Source of the DNA: Bdellovibrionota bacterium
GTDB lineage: Bacteria; Bdellovibrionota; Bdellovibrionia; Bdellovibrionales; UBA840
Assembly: GCA_036140815.1 (NCBI GenBank)
Contig: JAYZXX010000248.1
Span: forward strand, 8,017 to 72,016
Reading direction: 5' to 3'
Length of the DNA stretch: 64,000 bases
Shown here one piece after another: positions 19,769 to 30,665 of this stretch. A program made the position numbers and the translations under genes. Numbering within the stretch: the first letter of the stretch is position 1; each line of letters starts with the position of its first letter. A model generated the notes under the pieces. The model had not been told where the DNA came from, ran no database searches, and saw only the letters and a list, made by a program, of their open reading frames with translations.

Positions 19769-20104
19769 CTAATTGTGTCGTGATTTTAATCGGTTGCCAC
19801 TTAACAAATGTAAGTGCACATGAAACACCTCTTGAAATGGTTCCCCCGTATTAATTAATGTGCGGTGGTGATTAAGACCTTCTTTTTTTGCGAACTCTAA
19901 AGCCGCAGAATATAGATAATTAATGATTTCTAAATTTGATGGATCAAGTTCACTTAGACTAGAGACATGTTTCTTAGGAACAAAAAGAACATGCATTTCG
20001 TGAGAAGGCTCTATATCCAAAAAACCTAGAACCTTTGAGTTCTCAAATACGATATTGCTAGAAAGTTGTTTGTCCACGATTTTACAAAAAATGCAGTCTT
20101 CCAT
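19769..20104 (-). CDS. HIT (histidine triad) family protein
   Basis: 111 aa. N-terminal CIFCKIV and the histidine triad HVHLHLL. Confidence 0.85.
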   Translation of the reverse strand: MEDCIFCKIVDKQLSSNIVFENSKVLGFLDIEPSHEMHVLFVPKKHVSSLSELDPSNLEIINYLYSAALEFAKKEGLNHHRTLINTGEPFQEVFHVHLHLLSGNRLKSRHN

Positions 20105-20217
20105 TATAGATCCTTTGTATTAATTCTGTGCTCAAAAAAAATAAGCTGGCAAGATCACCTACCAACTTATTATACTTTATATGTTTTTATATTTTAATAG
20201 AATTTTTGTTAGGGATT

Positions 20218-21480
20218 TTAATCGTCTGCCTGGCGTTCCACTTGTGCACCTAGTGAGCGAAGCTTTCCTTCTAAATCATCGTAACCACGATCCAAATGAT
20301 AAACACGCTTAACCTCTGTTTCGCCTTCAGCAACTAAGCCAGCCAAAACAAGACTTGCGCTAGCACGTAGGTCCGTTGCCATAACCGGCGCACCCTTTAA
20401 AGGTGCTTCCAAATTCTTAACAATTGCTACACGAGTTTTAGGCTGAATATTTGCTCCTAATCTTTTCAACTCTGGGACATGCATAAATCTGTTTTCAAAA
20501 ATAGATTCCGTTATAACACTAGAACCTGAGGCCTGAGTCATTAAAGCCATAAACTGCGCCTGCAGGTCAGTAGGAAAACCTGGGTGAGGAGTTGTTGTTA
20601 AGTCAATCCCCTTCCAAGCCTCACACTCTTGAACTTCAATGAAATTATCGCCTACTTCAAAATTAAAACCTGCCTCTTTCATCTTAGCCATCAAGGCATC
20701 TAGATGCTCAGGAACGCAATTTTCAACACGAACTTTACCACCAGTGATGGCACCAGCAATTAGCAATGTACCAGCTTCGATACGATCTGGAATCACTTTG
20801 TGCCTTGCTGCTTTCAATTCTTTAACACCTTCGACCCGAATAATACTGGTTCCAGCTCCTTCGATTCTAGCGCCCATTTTCATAAGGTACTCAGCAAGAT
20901 CCACCACTTCCGGTTCTTTGGCAGCATTCTCAATATAGGTAACACCTTCAGCCAATACCGCAGCCATTAACACATTTTCAGTTCCACCAACCGTTGTTGT
21001 ATCAAATAAGATGTTTCCACCTTTAAGTTTACCCTTGGCAATTACATAACCATTTTTAATTTCAATCTCTGCTCCGAGAGCCTTCATTCCATCAATGTGA
21101 AGATCAATAGGTCTTGTACCAATAGCGCAACCACCAGGTAAGCTAACCACAGCCTCGCCGTATCTAGCAAGTAGTGGCCCTAGAGATAAAACGGAAGCTC
21201 TCATTTTTCTTACCAAATCATAGCGAGCTTCAATGCTTGGCGCTTTGGTAACCGAGATCGTCATATCTGTAGAATCATGTTTGCATTCCGCACCCAATTC
21301 ACTCAAAAGCTTACAAGCGGAATGGACATCTGCTAATTTAGGAACGTTTGAAAACTGATGCTCCCCATCACATAGAAGTGTTGAAAACATCAATGGCAAT
21401 ACTGAGTTTTTCGCTCCAGAAGCTGATACGGTCCCACTTAATTTTGCTCCGCCCTTGATTACAATTTTATCCACTATCAC
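20218..21480 (-). CDS. murA: UDP-N-acetylglucosamine 1-carboxyvinyltransferase
   Basis: 420 aa. IKGGAKLSGTVSASGAKNSVLPLM, the active-site loop region GGCAIGTRPIDLH, and full-length EPSP/MurA-fold repeats. Confidence 0.95.
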   Translation of the reverse strand: MIVDKIVIKGGAKLSGTVSASGAKNSVLPLMFSTLLCDGEHQFSNVPKLADVHSACKLLSELGAECKHDSTDMTISVTKAPSIEARYDLVRKMRASVLSLGPLLARYGEAVVSLPGGCAIGTRPIDLHIDGMKALGAEIEIKNGYVIAKGKLKGGNILFDTTTVGGTENVLMAAVLAEGVTYIENAAKEPEVVDLAEYLMKMGARIEGAGTSIIRVEGVKELKAARHKVIPDRIEAGTLLIAGAITGGKVRVENCVPEHLDALMAKMKEAGFNFEVGDNFIEVQECEAWKGIDLTTTPHPGFPTDLQAQFMALMTQASGSSVITESIFENRFMHVPELKRLGANIQPKTRVAIVKNLEAPLKGAPVMATDLRASASLVLAGLVAEGETEVKRVYHLDRGYDDLEGKLRSLGAQVERQADD

Positions 21481-22822
21481 TCCCCTTGCTTGTAGGCTCT
21501 TACGATCCGATCGTTTGTTGAATAGTCTTTTATGACACTTGAATTTTTAAGAAAGCTTTTCGCTTTGAATATATCTAATACTTTTTGACCTTGTTCGAAG
21601 CCGATTTCAAAGGCCAATAAAGAGTTTGGTTTTAACAAATTCTTAATATGATCCGGCCAAGTTCTATAAAACTTTGTTCCCTGCTCTTCGGCAAACAAAG
21701 CCTCCGAAGGCTCGAACTCTAAAACATCTTTAGCCAAAGCCTTGTCGCCCACTTCTATATACGGAGGATTTGATAAAACAATATCAAAAATTGCCGGGAA
21801 AGTTTTGCGTAAATTTTCGCGAGAAACAGAGCTAGAAGCCATGTCACTTATTTTAAGTTTATGTAAATGTTCCTTTACGCTATTCACATATTCCTCAGGT
21901 TTATCAACAGAAGTATTGATATTACTGACACAATCTTCATCTTTACCTGAATTTAGTTCACTCTTTGATCTTAAATTAAGAGAATCTTCATCTTCTGACT
22001 GTTGCTTTTCAAGGCTATACTCTGTTTCAAAAACAGGCTCTTCAAAAGAAACACTTTCGTCATCAGTGGCTTTGGTTAGTGTCAAAACCTCATCCTCTAG
22101 AGTAATTAACTGAAGGTCACCAGACTCTTCAGAGCTCATACTTAAATTCTCTGATAATACTGATTTATTCTCGACAGGGAGCTGATGGCTATCAACCTGC
22201 GCATCAGAAGTATGTTCGGCTAAGTCAATTTGCTCTGCCTTATGAGGAAATTTTTTGTAATAATCCGCCAGTGCCGTTTTTAAAATGTTCTCGTTAAAAT
22301 CTTCAACGGATGAATGAATGGCAATAATTTGTTCTTCAAGTTGATTTAACTTGATGTTTTCCAGCAAAATTTTAAAAGCTGCCTCGGATTTTTCAACTAG
22401 AACAACCAGAGCCTTTGGAACCTCTTTGGCTACAGCCAAGCCAACACAACCACTTCCAGAGCCTAAATCTAGTACAACGGGGTTACTTAGGTTTGAGTTT
22501 TTACAGTAATTGATTGCTTCATCAACCAAATGCTCCGTCTCAGGGCGAGGAATCAAAACCCCAGCAGTTACTTTCAACTGTATACTATAAAAATCTTTAT
22601 AACCTAAAATATAAGCCACAGGTTCGCCCTTAGATCTGCGACGAACCATTTCTCGACAATCATTTAATTCTTTGTCACTGAGTGGGTATTCTTGTTTTAA
22701 GTACAAATCCAAACGCTTCCAACCAAGTGCCGTTGCCAATAAAAGCTCGGAATCGACTTTTGCCGATGCAAAACCTAATTTTGTGAAATGGTCTTTCGTT
22801 TTGCCAAGTACTTCCCTAAGAA

Positions 22823-22826
<4 letters not shown>
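21477..22826 (-). CDS. prmC: Release-factor glutamine N5-methyltransferase (PrmC/HemK) with a large internal insertion
   Basis: SAM motif [12 protein letters not shown] and catalytic NPPY ([11 protein letters not shown]). 4-nt overlap with both prfA and murA. 449 aa versus the usual ~280 aa. Confidence 0.85.
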
Positions 22827-23893
<1,067 letters not shown>

Positions 23894-24218
23894 AAGTTAC
23901 CTCGAAACAGAGACTGTAAAACTTAGTTAAACTACCCAGGGATTACAGATTTGGCAAGAAAAGCCCCTAGTTAGGCCTACTAATTTTTCAGTATTTTTAT
24001 GAATTTGCCTTTATAAATCGAACGGGAAAAGACTTTGGTGATTTTTGAAACTCGTAAATTAGATTCCAAAGTAATATGCCTTATAATTCTTAGGGCATTT
24101 TGCCAAAGTTTCAAAAAAATGATCCGTTCAAAACTAAAAACTTAGCTTAGTTTTTTAAGTACCCAGCCGGGCATTAAAAGTTTTAGTAAGAAAATAGAGT
24201 TTTGAAGCGGTCTTCGCA

Positions 24219-24253
24219 GAAAAACAAAAAGCACAGACACGAATGCCTATGCT
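24219..24253 (-). terminator. Rho-independent terminator of rpmE
   Basis: On the minus strand: AGCATAGGCA-TTCG-TGTCTGTGCT (10-bp stem including two G-U pairs, UUCG loop) followed by TTTTTGTTTTT. Confidence 0.75.
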
Positions 24254-24279
24254 CTTTACCTTTTTTATTGTAGTAGATG

Positions 24280-24504
24280 CTACTTGTTTTGTTTCGCCTT
24301 CATGAACTGGCCATAACGTTTGTTAAAACGATCTACACGACCTTCTGTATCTAGAAGTTTTTGCTTACCAGTAAAAAACGGGTGGCAATCAGAACAAATG
24401 TCTACGTGAAGTTCTTTTTGAGTAGAACCAGTGTTGAACGTGTTTCCACAAACACAAGTTACTTGTGCATCAGCGTAATAAGTTGGATGAATTTCAGCTT
24501 TCAT
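24280..24504 (-). CDS. rpmE: 50S ribosomal protein L31 (Zn-ribbon type)
   Basis: 74 aa. [10 protein letters not shown]..., with cysteines CVC...CSDC. Confidence 0.95.
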   Translation of the reverse strand: MKAEIHPTYYADAQVTCVCGNTFNTGSTQKELHVDICSDCHPFFTGKQKLLDTEGRVDRFNKRYGQFMKAKQNK

Positions 24505-24533
24505 ATTTTCGTCCTTTTTAATTCGAAGCTAGA

Positions 24534-24562
24534 CTTATACGGGTTTAGAGCTTATTTGTCGA
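24534..24562 (-). promoter_or_regulatory. Candidate sigma70-type promoter for rpmE
   Basis: Minus strand reads TCGACA, then 17 nt, then TATAAG. It ends about 30 nt upstream of the rpmE ATG. Confidence 0.3.
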
Positions 24563-24864
24563 GCATAAATTTCAGCTTTGTTGATTTTTTGAAAGAACTT
24601 CTCATGCAGGTAAATACCTGTAAATACAGACTTTATTGGACTAATTTTTATTTAAATTGCCGCCCTGCTCAAGAGCCTAGCAATTCAAATCCTTAAAACT
24701 CTTCTCACTTAAGATGGAAACCCACTTTTGGGGCTATAAAAGGAAATTTTTTTTATAGATACAATAGGCCTATTTCGCCGAAGCTCTGAACTGTATTTCA
24801 ACCTTTGTCAAAACTCTGGGGTTTTTCTTTAAAAATGCTCGGAAGACTCCAGTTGGTAGCAAGA

Positions 24865-25037
24865 GGATTCGCTGGAAAGAATTTCTCGAAGGACCTAGAT
24901 CCACTAAGAATACTTATCAAAGCTCTCTAGACCAACAAAGAAGCCCTCAGTCCCAATTATAGCAAGCTAGTACAGCGGTCGTAGCCGGCGAGTACATGGA
25001 GGGACGCTTCCCTCGAGAATAACTTTCCAGCGATTCC
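24865..25037. repeat. Long-range imperfect inverted repeat (24 of 29 positions complementary) enclosing ~115 nt; candidate structured RNA or MITE-like element
   Basis: 24865-24893 (GGATTCGCTGGAAAGAATTTCTCGAAGGA) pairs with 25009-25037 (TCCCTCGAGAATAACTTTCCAGCGATTCC). It lies in a ~970-bp gap with no convincing CDS. Confidence 0.4.
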
Positions 25038-25474
25038 GGACTTCTTTTTAAGCTCAACTTTTTTATTAAAACCCTACTCAAGGCTATTAAAGCTATAAAG
25101 ATAATCCATTCTGGTTTTAAACACTTACACAAAACTGAAAAATGGATAACCCACTGTTTAAAATAAGAAGACTCAGCAAAAAATGGCCAGTCTAAACCAG
25201 TCACCTAAAATGCAAAAAAGGTCACAATGTAAAATTACTTTTCAAAACTAAACCCCTAAAACGAACATTTAAGTGTCTAGACTTTAGACAACAGCAGAAG
25301 CTTTACAGAAGCAAGCCTTAAACGCATTTGGTATTCGGTCGCTAGCGGGGGATATGTCATATTCAAAGGGCATATAAATAAATGAATAACTAGAAAAGGT
25401 TCTTAGCTGCCCAAGCTTTGGCTTTCTTTTCTTGTTGTTCAAACCTCTAACCCACATTTCATTAGGAGAAGACA

Positions 25475-27958
25475 ATGAAGTTAACCCCAGCTTTATGCTT
25501 AATTTTAAGCTTAGCCTTCGGTAGTGTTGGCGTAGACTCCGCCTTTGCTGCGAAAAAAACGAAATCCACAAAAACTCAGAAAAAAAAGTCCAAGAAAAAA
25601 ACTCAAGCCTATGTCCGACCAAAATCTAACAACAGTAATCGGCAGCAAACAAATAATTGGGGAACCGGGAATGGCTGGAATGCTCAAGAAAATGATAGAA
25701 AAAAAAGAGAGCGTGAACAGAAAGAGAGAGAAAGAAAAAGACTTGCAGCTCAAGAAAAGAAAAGACAACAAGAAAGAGCCGCACAAGCTGCTAAGTTGAG
25801 AGAACAAGAAAGAGAAAGACAAAAACGTGATCAAGAACGGGCTAGGCAGCAAGCAAAAGTTGAGCCTAAAAAGCAACAAGTTCCTGCGTCTCAAAAACCA
25901 AAAACAGATCCGAAAAAGCCACAGACCCAGGTCACTCAAAAGCCAGCTGTAAATCCTAGAGACAACAGCGGAAAACAAACAGGTAACTCCTGGGGAAACC
26001 AAGGTACAACAAAAAATGATCGTAGCCAAAAAGGTTGGAACCAAAAAGCAAAGACGAATGGTCTTTTTCAAAGAACCCAAGCGACGCAACATGCAGCCGC
26101 TGAACGTAAAAAACAGCTTAGCGAAAATCCTTATAAAATGAAGGAAGAAGCGATTCCCGCGAATGCTACTGCTAATTATCGCAAAAACGCAGAAAAAAGA
26201 AATCAGGAAATTAGAGACGCTCGTAAAAAATTTGATGCTAATCGTAAAGCCCAATTAATGGCGAAGCACGGTGATAAATTAAAGAGCAAACAAAAAGCCC
26301 CTGATGGAAAAACAACGGTTAGATATTATAGTCGTAACACAATCTATCGCCCTTCAACTAGAGGTTATACTTACTATTCATATGATGGATACGATGCTTT
26401 ACCTTATAGCCCAACCTATGGTTTATATTACTCCCGTTATGGTCACTACAACCCTGGTTATCAATTTAATATGAGTTCTCGTGCTGCATATTCATATCTA
26501 TTAATTAACTCCTACGGAATTGATGCAATTCAAAAAGTGATGATGATTTTAGCCTCTAGCGGTTTAACTAAGCAAAGCTTCATGGAAAACCAAGCAATGG
26601 ACCCTAGTTTTGTTGACCAAGTGGTTGATTCACATTTTATTTCTAGAAACACTTTCCTAAGTGTTTTGGACCGCTACCAAGAATATCCTGATAACACTAG
26701 AGGTCTTAATAGAAATGATTTCTTCCGAGTTCCGTCGCAACAAACAGTAAGTGCTGCACAATTCCCTCACGAAAAATACCAATGGAAACTTTGGAAAGGT
26801 GGAGCCTGTAAAATTAATTATGGCGGATTTTTATTTGTCGATAGTTACAGTTCATACAATCCAAAGTTAGTGTACGTTTCCACTTCGGCATTCTCTATGC
26901 CTAGCTTTGGATACCCAGAATGTCCGACGGGTACAGAAATTAGCTCTTATAGCGTGAACCAATTATATGACTATTCACGAATGTACAACACCAACATGAG
27001 ACAAAGCGTTGCTCAATCCAATGAACAATACACTGAAGACATGGGTTATGACACGGAAGTAAATGTTCAAGATGGTGCGTTAAATATTTGTACTGGATCT
27101 ATAAGCGGTACTTACGAATACGTTTCAAGCTTAATTGCAGACTCAAACGATACTCTTGGAAATATGAATATGAGTACTGTGCAATCTGCTGGCTCCATTG
27201 AAAATCTTCAGCTTTTAACTCAGGGCGCTTGTAATCTTGCAATCGTTCAGAAAGATGCTTTGGATGAGTTTAACTCTACCGATCACGGCTATGAGCTAGA
27301 ACAGACTAGTCCAATTTACAAAGAGTATGCTCATTTGATTTGTAATTCAAATTCACGAGTTTCAAAGCTGAGAGACCTAAACCAAAGGACCAAAATTGCT
27401 ATCGGCCCAGAAAACTCTGGTTCCGACTTAACTTTTAATAAGCTAAGTGAAATGCAAAGCGATCTAAAAATGGCAAAGCCTTTAAACATGAGCTATGAAA
27501 CAGCTATGAAGGCATTGGTTGGAGACGATTCTGTTGATGAGAAAGTGGACTGTGTGTTTACCGTTTCGAGTTTAGGTTCAGAATTAACCTGGGAAATTAA
27601 CCAAATCTCACAAGCTATGGGCCGTCAGAAACTTGAGTTCATCGAATTAAATAGTAGCGACTTTGAAGATGCAGATGATGAGTATGAGTTCTTAACTGTA
27701 GACAAAGGTGAATACCCATCAATTTACTTCGAAGATGATAAGCTAACTACTGTCGCTGTAGACGCTTTGTTAGTTTATGTAGATGATAAGTCCGTTGAAA
27801 ACTCTCTTCCCGCTGTATCTAATTTGAGTGAGTCTAAACTTCGCTCAGAAATTGAAGATGCCGCTGAAACATTCCATGAAGACTTTGGTGTAAAACTAAG
27901 TATTGGAGCCGAAGGAGAGTCTGGAGACAGCGAAGGTATATTTGGAAGCTTTTTCTAA
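25475..27958 (+). CDS. Large exported chimeric protein: K/R/E/Q-rich charged region, Tyr-rich segment and C-terminal TAXI-like solute-binding domain
   Basis: 827 aa. AGGAGAAG RBS. Signal peptide LSLAFGSVGVDSAFA. The C-terminal CTGSISGTYEYVSSLIAD...SAGSIENLQLLTQGACNLAIVQKDAL...YKEYAHLICNSNSRVSKLRDLNQRTKIAIGPENSGSDL matches the TAXI (TRAP-type receptor) pattern. Confidence 0.75.
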   Translation: MKLTPALCLILSLAFGSVGVDSAFAAKKTKSTKTQKKKSKKKTQAYVRPKSNNSNRQQTNNWGTGNGWNAQENDRKKREREQKERERKRLAAQEKKRQQERAAQAAKLREQERERQKRDQERARQQAKVEPKKQQVPASQKPKTDPKKPQTQVTQKPAVNPRDNSGKQTGNSWGNQGTTKNDRSQKGWNQKAKTNGLFQRTQATQHAAAERKKQLSENPYKMKEEAIPANATANYRKNAEKRNQEIRDARKKFDANRKAQLMAKHGDKLKSKQKAPDGKTTVRYYSRNTIYRPSTRGYTYYSYDGYDALPYSPTYGLYYSRYGHYNPGYQFNMSSRAAYSYLLINSYGIDAIQKVMMILASSGLTKQSFMENQAMDPSFVDQVVDSHFISRNTFLSVLDRYQEYPDNTRGLNRNDFFRVPSQQTVSAAQFPHEKYQWKLWKGGACKINYGGFLFVDSYSSYNPKLVYVSTSAFSMPSFGYPECPTGTEISSYSVNQLYDYSRMYNTNMRQSVAQSNEQYTEDMGYDTEVNVQDGALNICTGSISGTYEYVSSLIADSNDTLGNMNMSTVQSAGSIENLQLLTQGACNLAIVQKDALDEFNSTDHGYELEQTSPIYKEYAHLICNSNSRVSKLRDLNQRTKIAIGPENSGSDLTFNKLSEMQSDLKMAKPLNMSYETAMKALVGDDSVDEKVDCVFTVSSLGSELTWEINQISQAMGRQKLEFIELNSSDFEDADDEYEFLTVDKGEYPSIYFEDDKLTTVAVDALLVYVDDKSVENSLPAVSNLSESKLRSEIEDAAETFHEDFGVKLSIGAEGESGDSEGIFGSFF

Positions 27959-27971
27959 ACAGTATTTAAGC

Positions 27972-28010
27972 AAAAAACAAAAAGGTCGACCATTGAGTCG
28001 ACCTTTTTTT
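27972..28010. terminator. Bidirectional rho-independent terminator between convergent genes
   Basis: Stem AAAGGTCGAC/GTCGACCTTT with loop CATTGA. A-rich on the left and T7 on the right. Confidence 0.8.
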
Positions 28011-28032
28011 ATACAATAATTTTAATCTAAAC

Positions 28033-29733
28033 TCAGCCACCTGCCATAGAGTCGATGAATTCTTTATTGGATTTAGTCTTGTCTACTTTATCCAATAAGA
28101 ACTCCATAGAATCTACCACATTCATTGGCGCTAATACTTTTCTTAAAACCCATAAACGACTTAGATCTTTTTGGTCGATCAGTAAATCCTCTTTACGAGT
28201 TCCAGATTTGTTAATGTCCATACAAGGGAAAATACGTTTTTCCATAAGCTTTCTGTCTAAGTGAATCTCAGAGTTACCTGTTCCTTTAAACTCTTCAAAA
28301 ATCACTTCATCCATTCTTGAACCTGTATCTACAAGAGCTGTAGCAATAATCGTTAAACTACCTCCCTCTTCGATATTACGTGCAGCTCCAAAGAAACGCT
28401 TCGGTCTGTGAAGTGCGTTGGAATCCACACCACCAGATAAAATCTTTCCTGAAGGCGGAACCACTGTGTTGTAGGCACGAGCCAAGCGAGTGATGGAATC
28501 AAGTAAAATTACAACATCATGTTTGTGCTCAACCAAACGCTTTGCTTTCTCAATTACCATTTCGGCAACTTGTACGTGACGAGTTGGTGGTTCATCAAAA
28601 GTGGAGCTTACAACCTCACCTTTTACAGAACGAGCCATATCCGTTACTTCCTCAGGACGCTCATCAATCAAGAGAACGATCAAGTAAACTTCTGGGTGAC
28701 TTGTAGTAATGGCATTAGCAATTTGTTGCATCAAAACCGTTTTACCCGTTCTTGGTGGCGCAACAATTAAAGCACGCTGTCCTTTACCAATTGGGGTTAA
28801 CATATCAATGATACGTGTAGTATGCTCGCTTGGGCTATGCTCTAGGTTTAAACGCTTTTGCGGGTACAAAGGGGTTAAGTTATCAAATAAGATTTTTTCT
28901 TTAGCTACCGCAGGATCAGCAAAGTTTAACTGCTCGATCTTAAGTAAAGCAAAGTATCTCTCCCCTTCTTTTGGTGGACGAATCGTACCACTGATCGTAT
29001 CACCTGTTCTTAAACCCATTTTACGGATTTGCGAAGGGCTTACATAAATATCATCGGGACCTGGAAGGTAGTTATAGTCTGGAGATCGTAAGAAACCATA
29101 TCCATCAGGAAGAATCTCTAAACAACCATCACCATAAATATCAGAGAATCGAGCCGCTCTTCTTAGAATTTCAAACACCAAATCCTGACGTCTCATACCA
29201 GAAGCGTTCTCAACTTTAAATTTCATTGCCAAATTTACTAGGTCAGCAATTTGTTTAGACTTCAGGTTTTTAGAGCTTAGATCCTTTTTCTCTTCCTCAG
29301 TAAGGTCAACTTTAAAGTCTTCACCCAACTCTTCAAAACCGTCTGCTGGAACATAACTTTCGTGCTTTTGGTGATTTACGTTACCGCGATTATTATTGTT
29401 GTTTCCGCGATTGTTGTTGCGGTTGTTATTGCGGTTATTGTTATTACGACGATTATTGTTATTATTATTTCTAGCATGACGTCTTTGTGGACGCTCAGAG
29501 CTTTGAGAAGAATCTTCTTCTTTTGACTCTTTCGCCTCAGCAGACTCAGTTGCTTCAGCTGATTCCTTTTTAGCAGCGGCTTTTGGAGCCTTTTTTTCTG
29601 CTTTAGCTTCAGGGGCAGCCGCTTCCTGTTGTGTTTCTTCAGTAGCGCTTTCGTCAGCAACTTTACGCTTACTTACCTTTTTTCTGCCAACAGTTTTCTT
29701 CTTAGCAACTTTTTCTTCTGTGGTTTCTGACAC
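28033..29733 (-). CDS. rho: Transcription termination factor Rho with ~150-aa low-complexity N-terminal extension
   Basis: 566 aa. Canonical Rho from about residue 155 ([30 protein letters not shown]...). Walker A APPRTGKT. The RNA-binding and ATPase domains appear complete. Confidence 0.95.
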   Translation of the reverse strand: MSETTEEKVAKKKTVGRKKVSKRKVADESATEETQQEAAAPEAKAEKKAPKAAAKKESAEATESAEAKESKEEDSSQSSERPQRRHARNNNNNNRRNNNNRNNNRNNNRGNNNNNRGNVNHQKHESYVPADGFEELGEDFKVDLTEEEKKDLSSKNLKSKQIADLVNLAMKFKVENASGMRRQDLVFEILRRAARFSDIYGDGCLEILPDGYGFLRSPDYNYLPGPDDIYVSPSQIRKMGLRTGDTISGTIRPPKEGERYFALLKIEQLNFADPAVAKEKILFDNLTPLYPQKRLNLEHSPSEHTTRIIDMLTPIGKGQRALIVAPPRTGKTVLMQQIANAITTSHPEVYLIVLLIDERPEEVTDMARSVKGEVVSSTFDEPPTRHVQVAEMVIEKAKRLVEHKHDVVILLDSITRLARAYNTVVPPSGKILSGGVDSNALHRPKRFFGAARNIEEGGSLTIIATALVDTGSRMDEVIFEEFKGTGNSEIHLDRKLMEKRIFPCMDINKSGTRKEDLLIDQKDLSRLWVLRKVLAPMNVVDSMEFLLDKVDKTKSNKEFIDSMAGG

Positions 29734-30233
29734 AAATGTCTCCTGTTAAAATTTAATATGAGATTTTTTGATTTAGATTTATCTTATGATTGGTTAAACT
29801 TTACGAACCCTTTTTTTAGCCTGTGAAAGTTTGGTGAGTTTTTGGGATCTTTTGTAGGTATGCTTAGAGAATGTCGTTTTTTGAGTGCTTTGTCAACTCG
29901 GGGCCATGTTTTTCTTACAAAAAAATAAAACTTACACTTCGGCTTTCCTGTCTTAATAAAACGTCTACAAACTATACCACTTTTTCCTAACTACCTAGAA
30001 AAACGTAACTTTTTGTTCACTTAGGAGCTGTGAAACTATTAGTCATTTATCCAATGCATTCTGTTGAATAGATCGACATTTTTCTTAAAAATTTGTTTCA
30101 CTTTGAGAAGATCTATAAAAGAAGTTTTTCCATTTTCTCATTTTGGACCGCTCAAAAGAAAAATATCCCCTAATTGCTCGAAAAGTTTAAGGAATCATCA
30201 AACTTCTCCGATACCACACTAGGGGGAAAACAT

Positions 30234-30602
30234 ATGGGTGACCAAGTTTTAGAACCAAGAAGAAGAATTCCACTAAGTTTTGACGTAACTTATCGCAAAA
30301 GTTATTCACGCCGTTTTGATAGAGGCTGCCTACGAAACATCAGTTTAACAGGTGCTTTTATTGAAGATCCCGAGGCAGAATTAAAACAAGATGATAAGAT
30401 CAATCTAAGTTTTGAATTAGCTGGAAGAAAAAGAAAAATTGCCGCCAAAATCGTTTGGGTTGGTGACGAAGGTGCTGGGGTAAATTTCATTCATTCCAAC
30501 AACCAAGACGAACAATTGATTGATGATTTGATGTTTTACGTTGAAGAATCAAAAGATGAAAAACGTGGAATCCTAAATTTAATATTTGATAAAATCGCTT
30601 AA
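30234..30602 (+). CDS. PilZ domain protein (putative c-di-GMP receptor)
   Basis: Motifs PRRRIPLS (RxxxR) and NISLTGAFI (D/NxSxxG). I chose the ATG at 30234, preceded by AGGGGGA 6 nt upstream, rather than the TTG at 30174. Confidence 0.75.
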   Translation: MGDQVLEPRRRIPLSFDVTYRKSYSRRFDRGCLRNISLTGAFIEDPEAELKQDDKINLSFELAGRKRKIAAKIVWVGDEGAGVNFIHSNNQDEQLIDDLMFYVEESKDEKRGILNLIFDKIA

Positions 30603-30628
30603 TGATTTTTAAAAACATAGATGCTTTG

Positions 30629-30658
30629 CGAGCTACCCTATTGGGTGGCTCGTTTTTT
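30629..30658 (+). terminator. Rho-independent terminator
   Basis: 10-bp stem CGAGCTACCC/GGGTGGCTCG (one G-U pair), loop TATT, then T6. Confidence 0.75.
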
Positions 30659-30665
30659 GAAGAAC

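Noticed and set aside
24505-25474. Possible RNase P, SRP, tmRNA or 6S RNA gene
   Set aside because: The minus strand has GAAGTCCGGAA, which resembles the RNase P CR-I (GGAAAGUCCGG) and SRP GGUCCGGAAGG motifs. I could not find the matching 3' P4 strand (ACAGAAxCCGGCUUA) or the GGUAAGAGCGCACC region. I also found no SRP GNAR-loop closing pairs and no tRNA-like tmRNA ends. The known-family assignment is rejected pending a covariance-model scan.
24947-25622. Two minus-strand ORFs (85 and 112 aa) in the long rpmE-upstream gap
   Set aside because: No Shine-Dalgarno sequence, Cys/Trp/Phe-rich atypical composition, and the second overlaps the start of the well-supported plus-strand gene. I treat them as non-coding, although this leaves ~970 bp unexplained (see finding).
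25511-26254. 247-aa minus-strand ORF fully inside the 827-aa gene
   Set aside because: It is the antisense reading of a purine-rich, low-complexity (AAG/GAA/AGA) coding tract, so stop codons are depleted by composition. The product is F/L/S-rich nonsense with no RBS. The sense ORF has an RBS, a signal peptide and a recognisable C-terminal domain.
29376-29660. 94-aa alternative-frame ORF within rho
   Set aside because: It lies in the low-complexity Lys/Asn-coding stretch of a clearly intact rho gene. There is no independent start signal.
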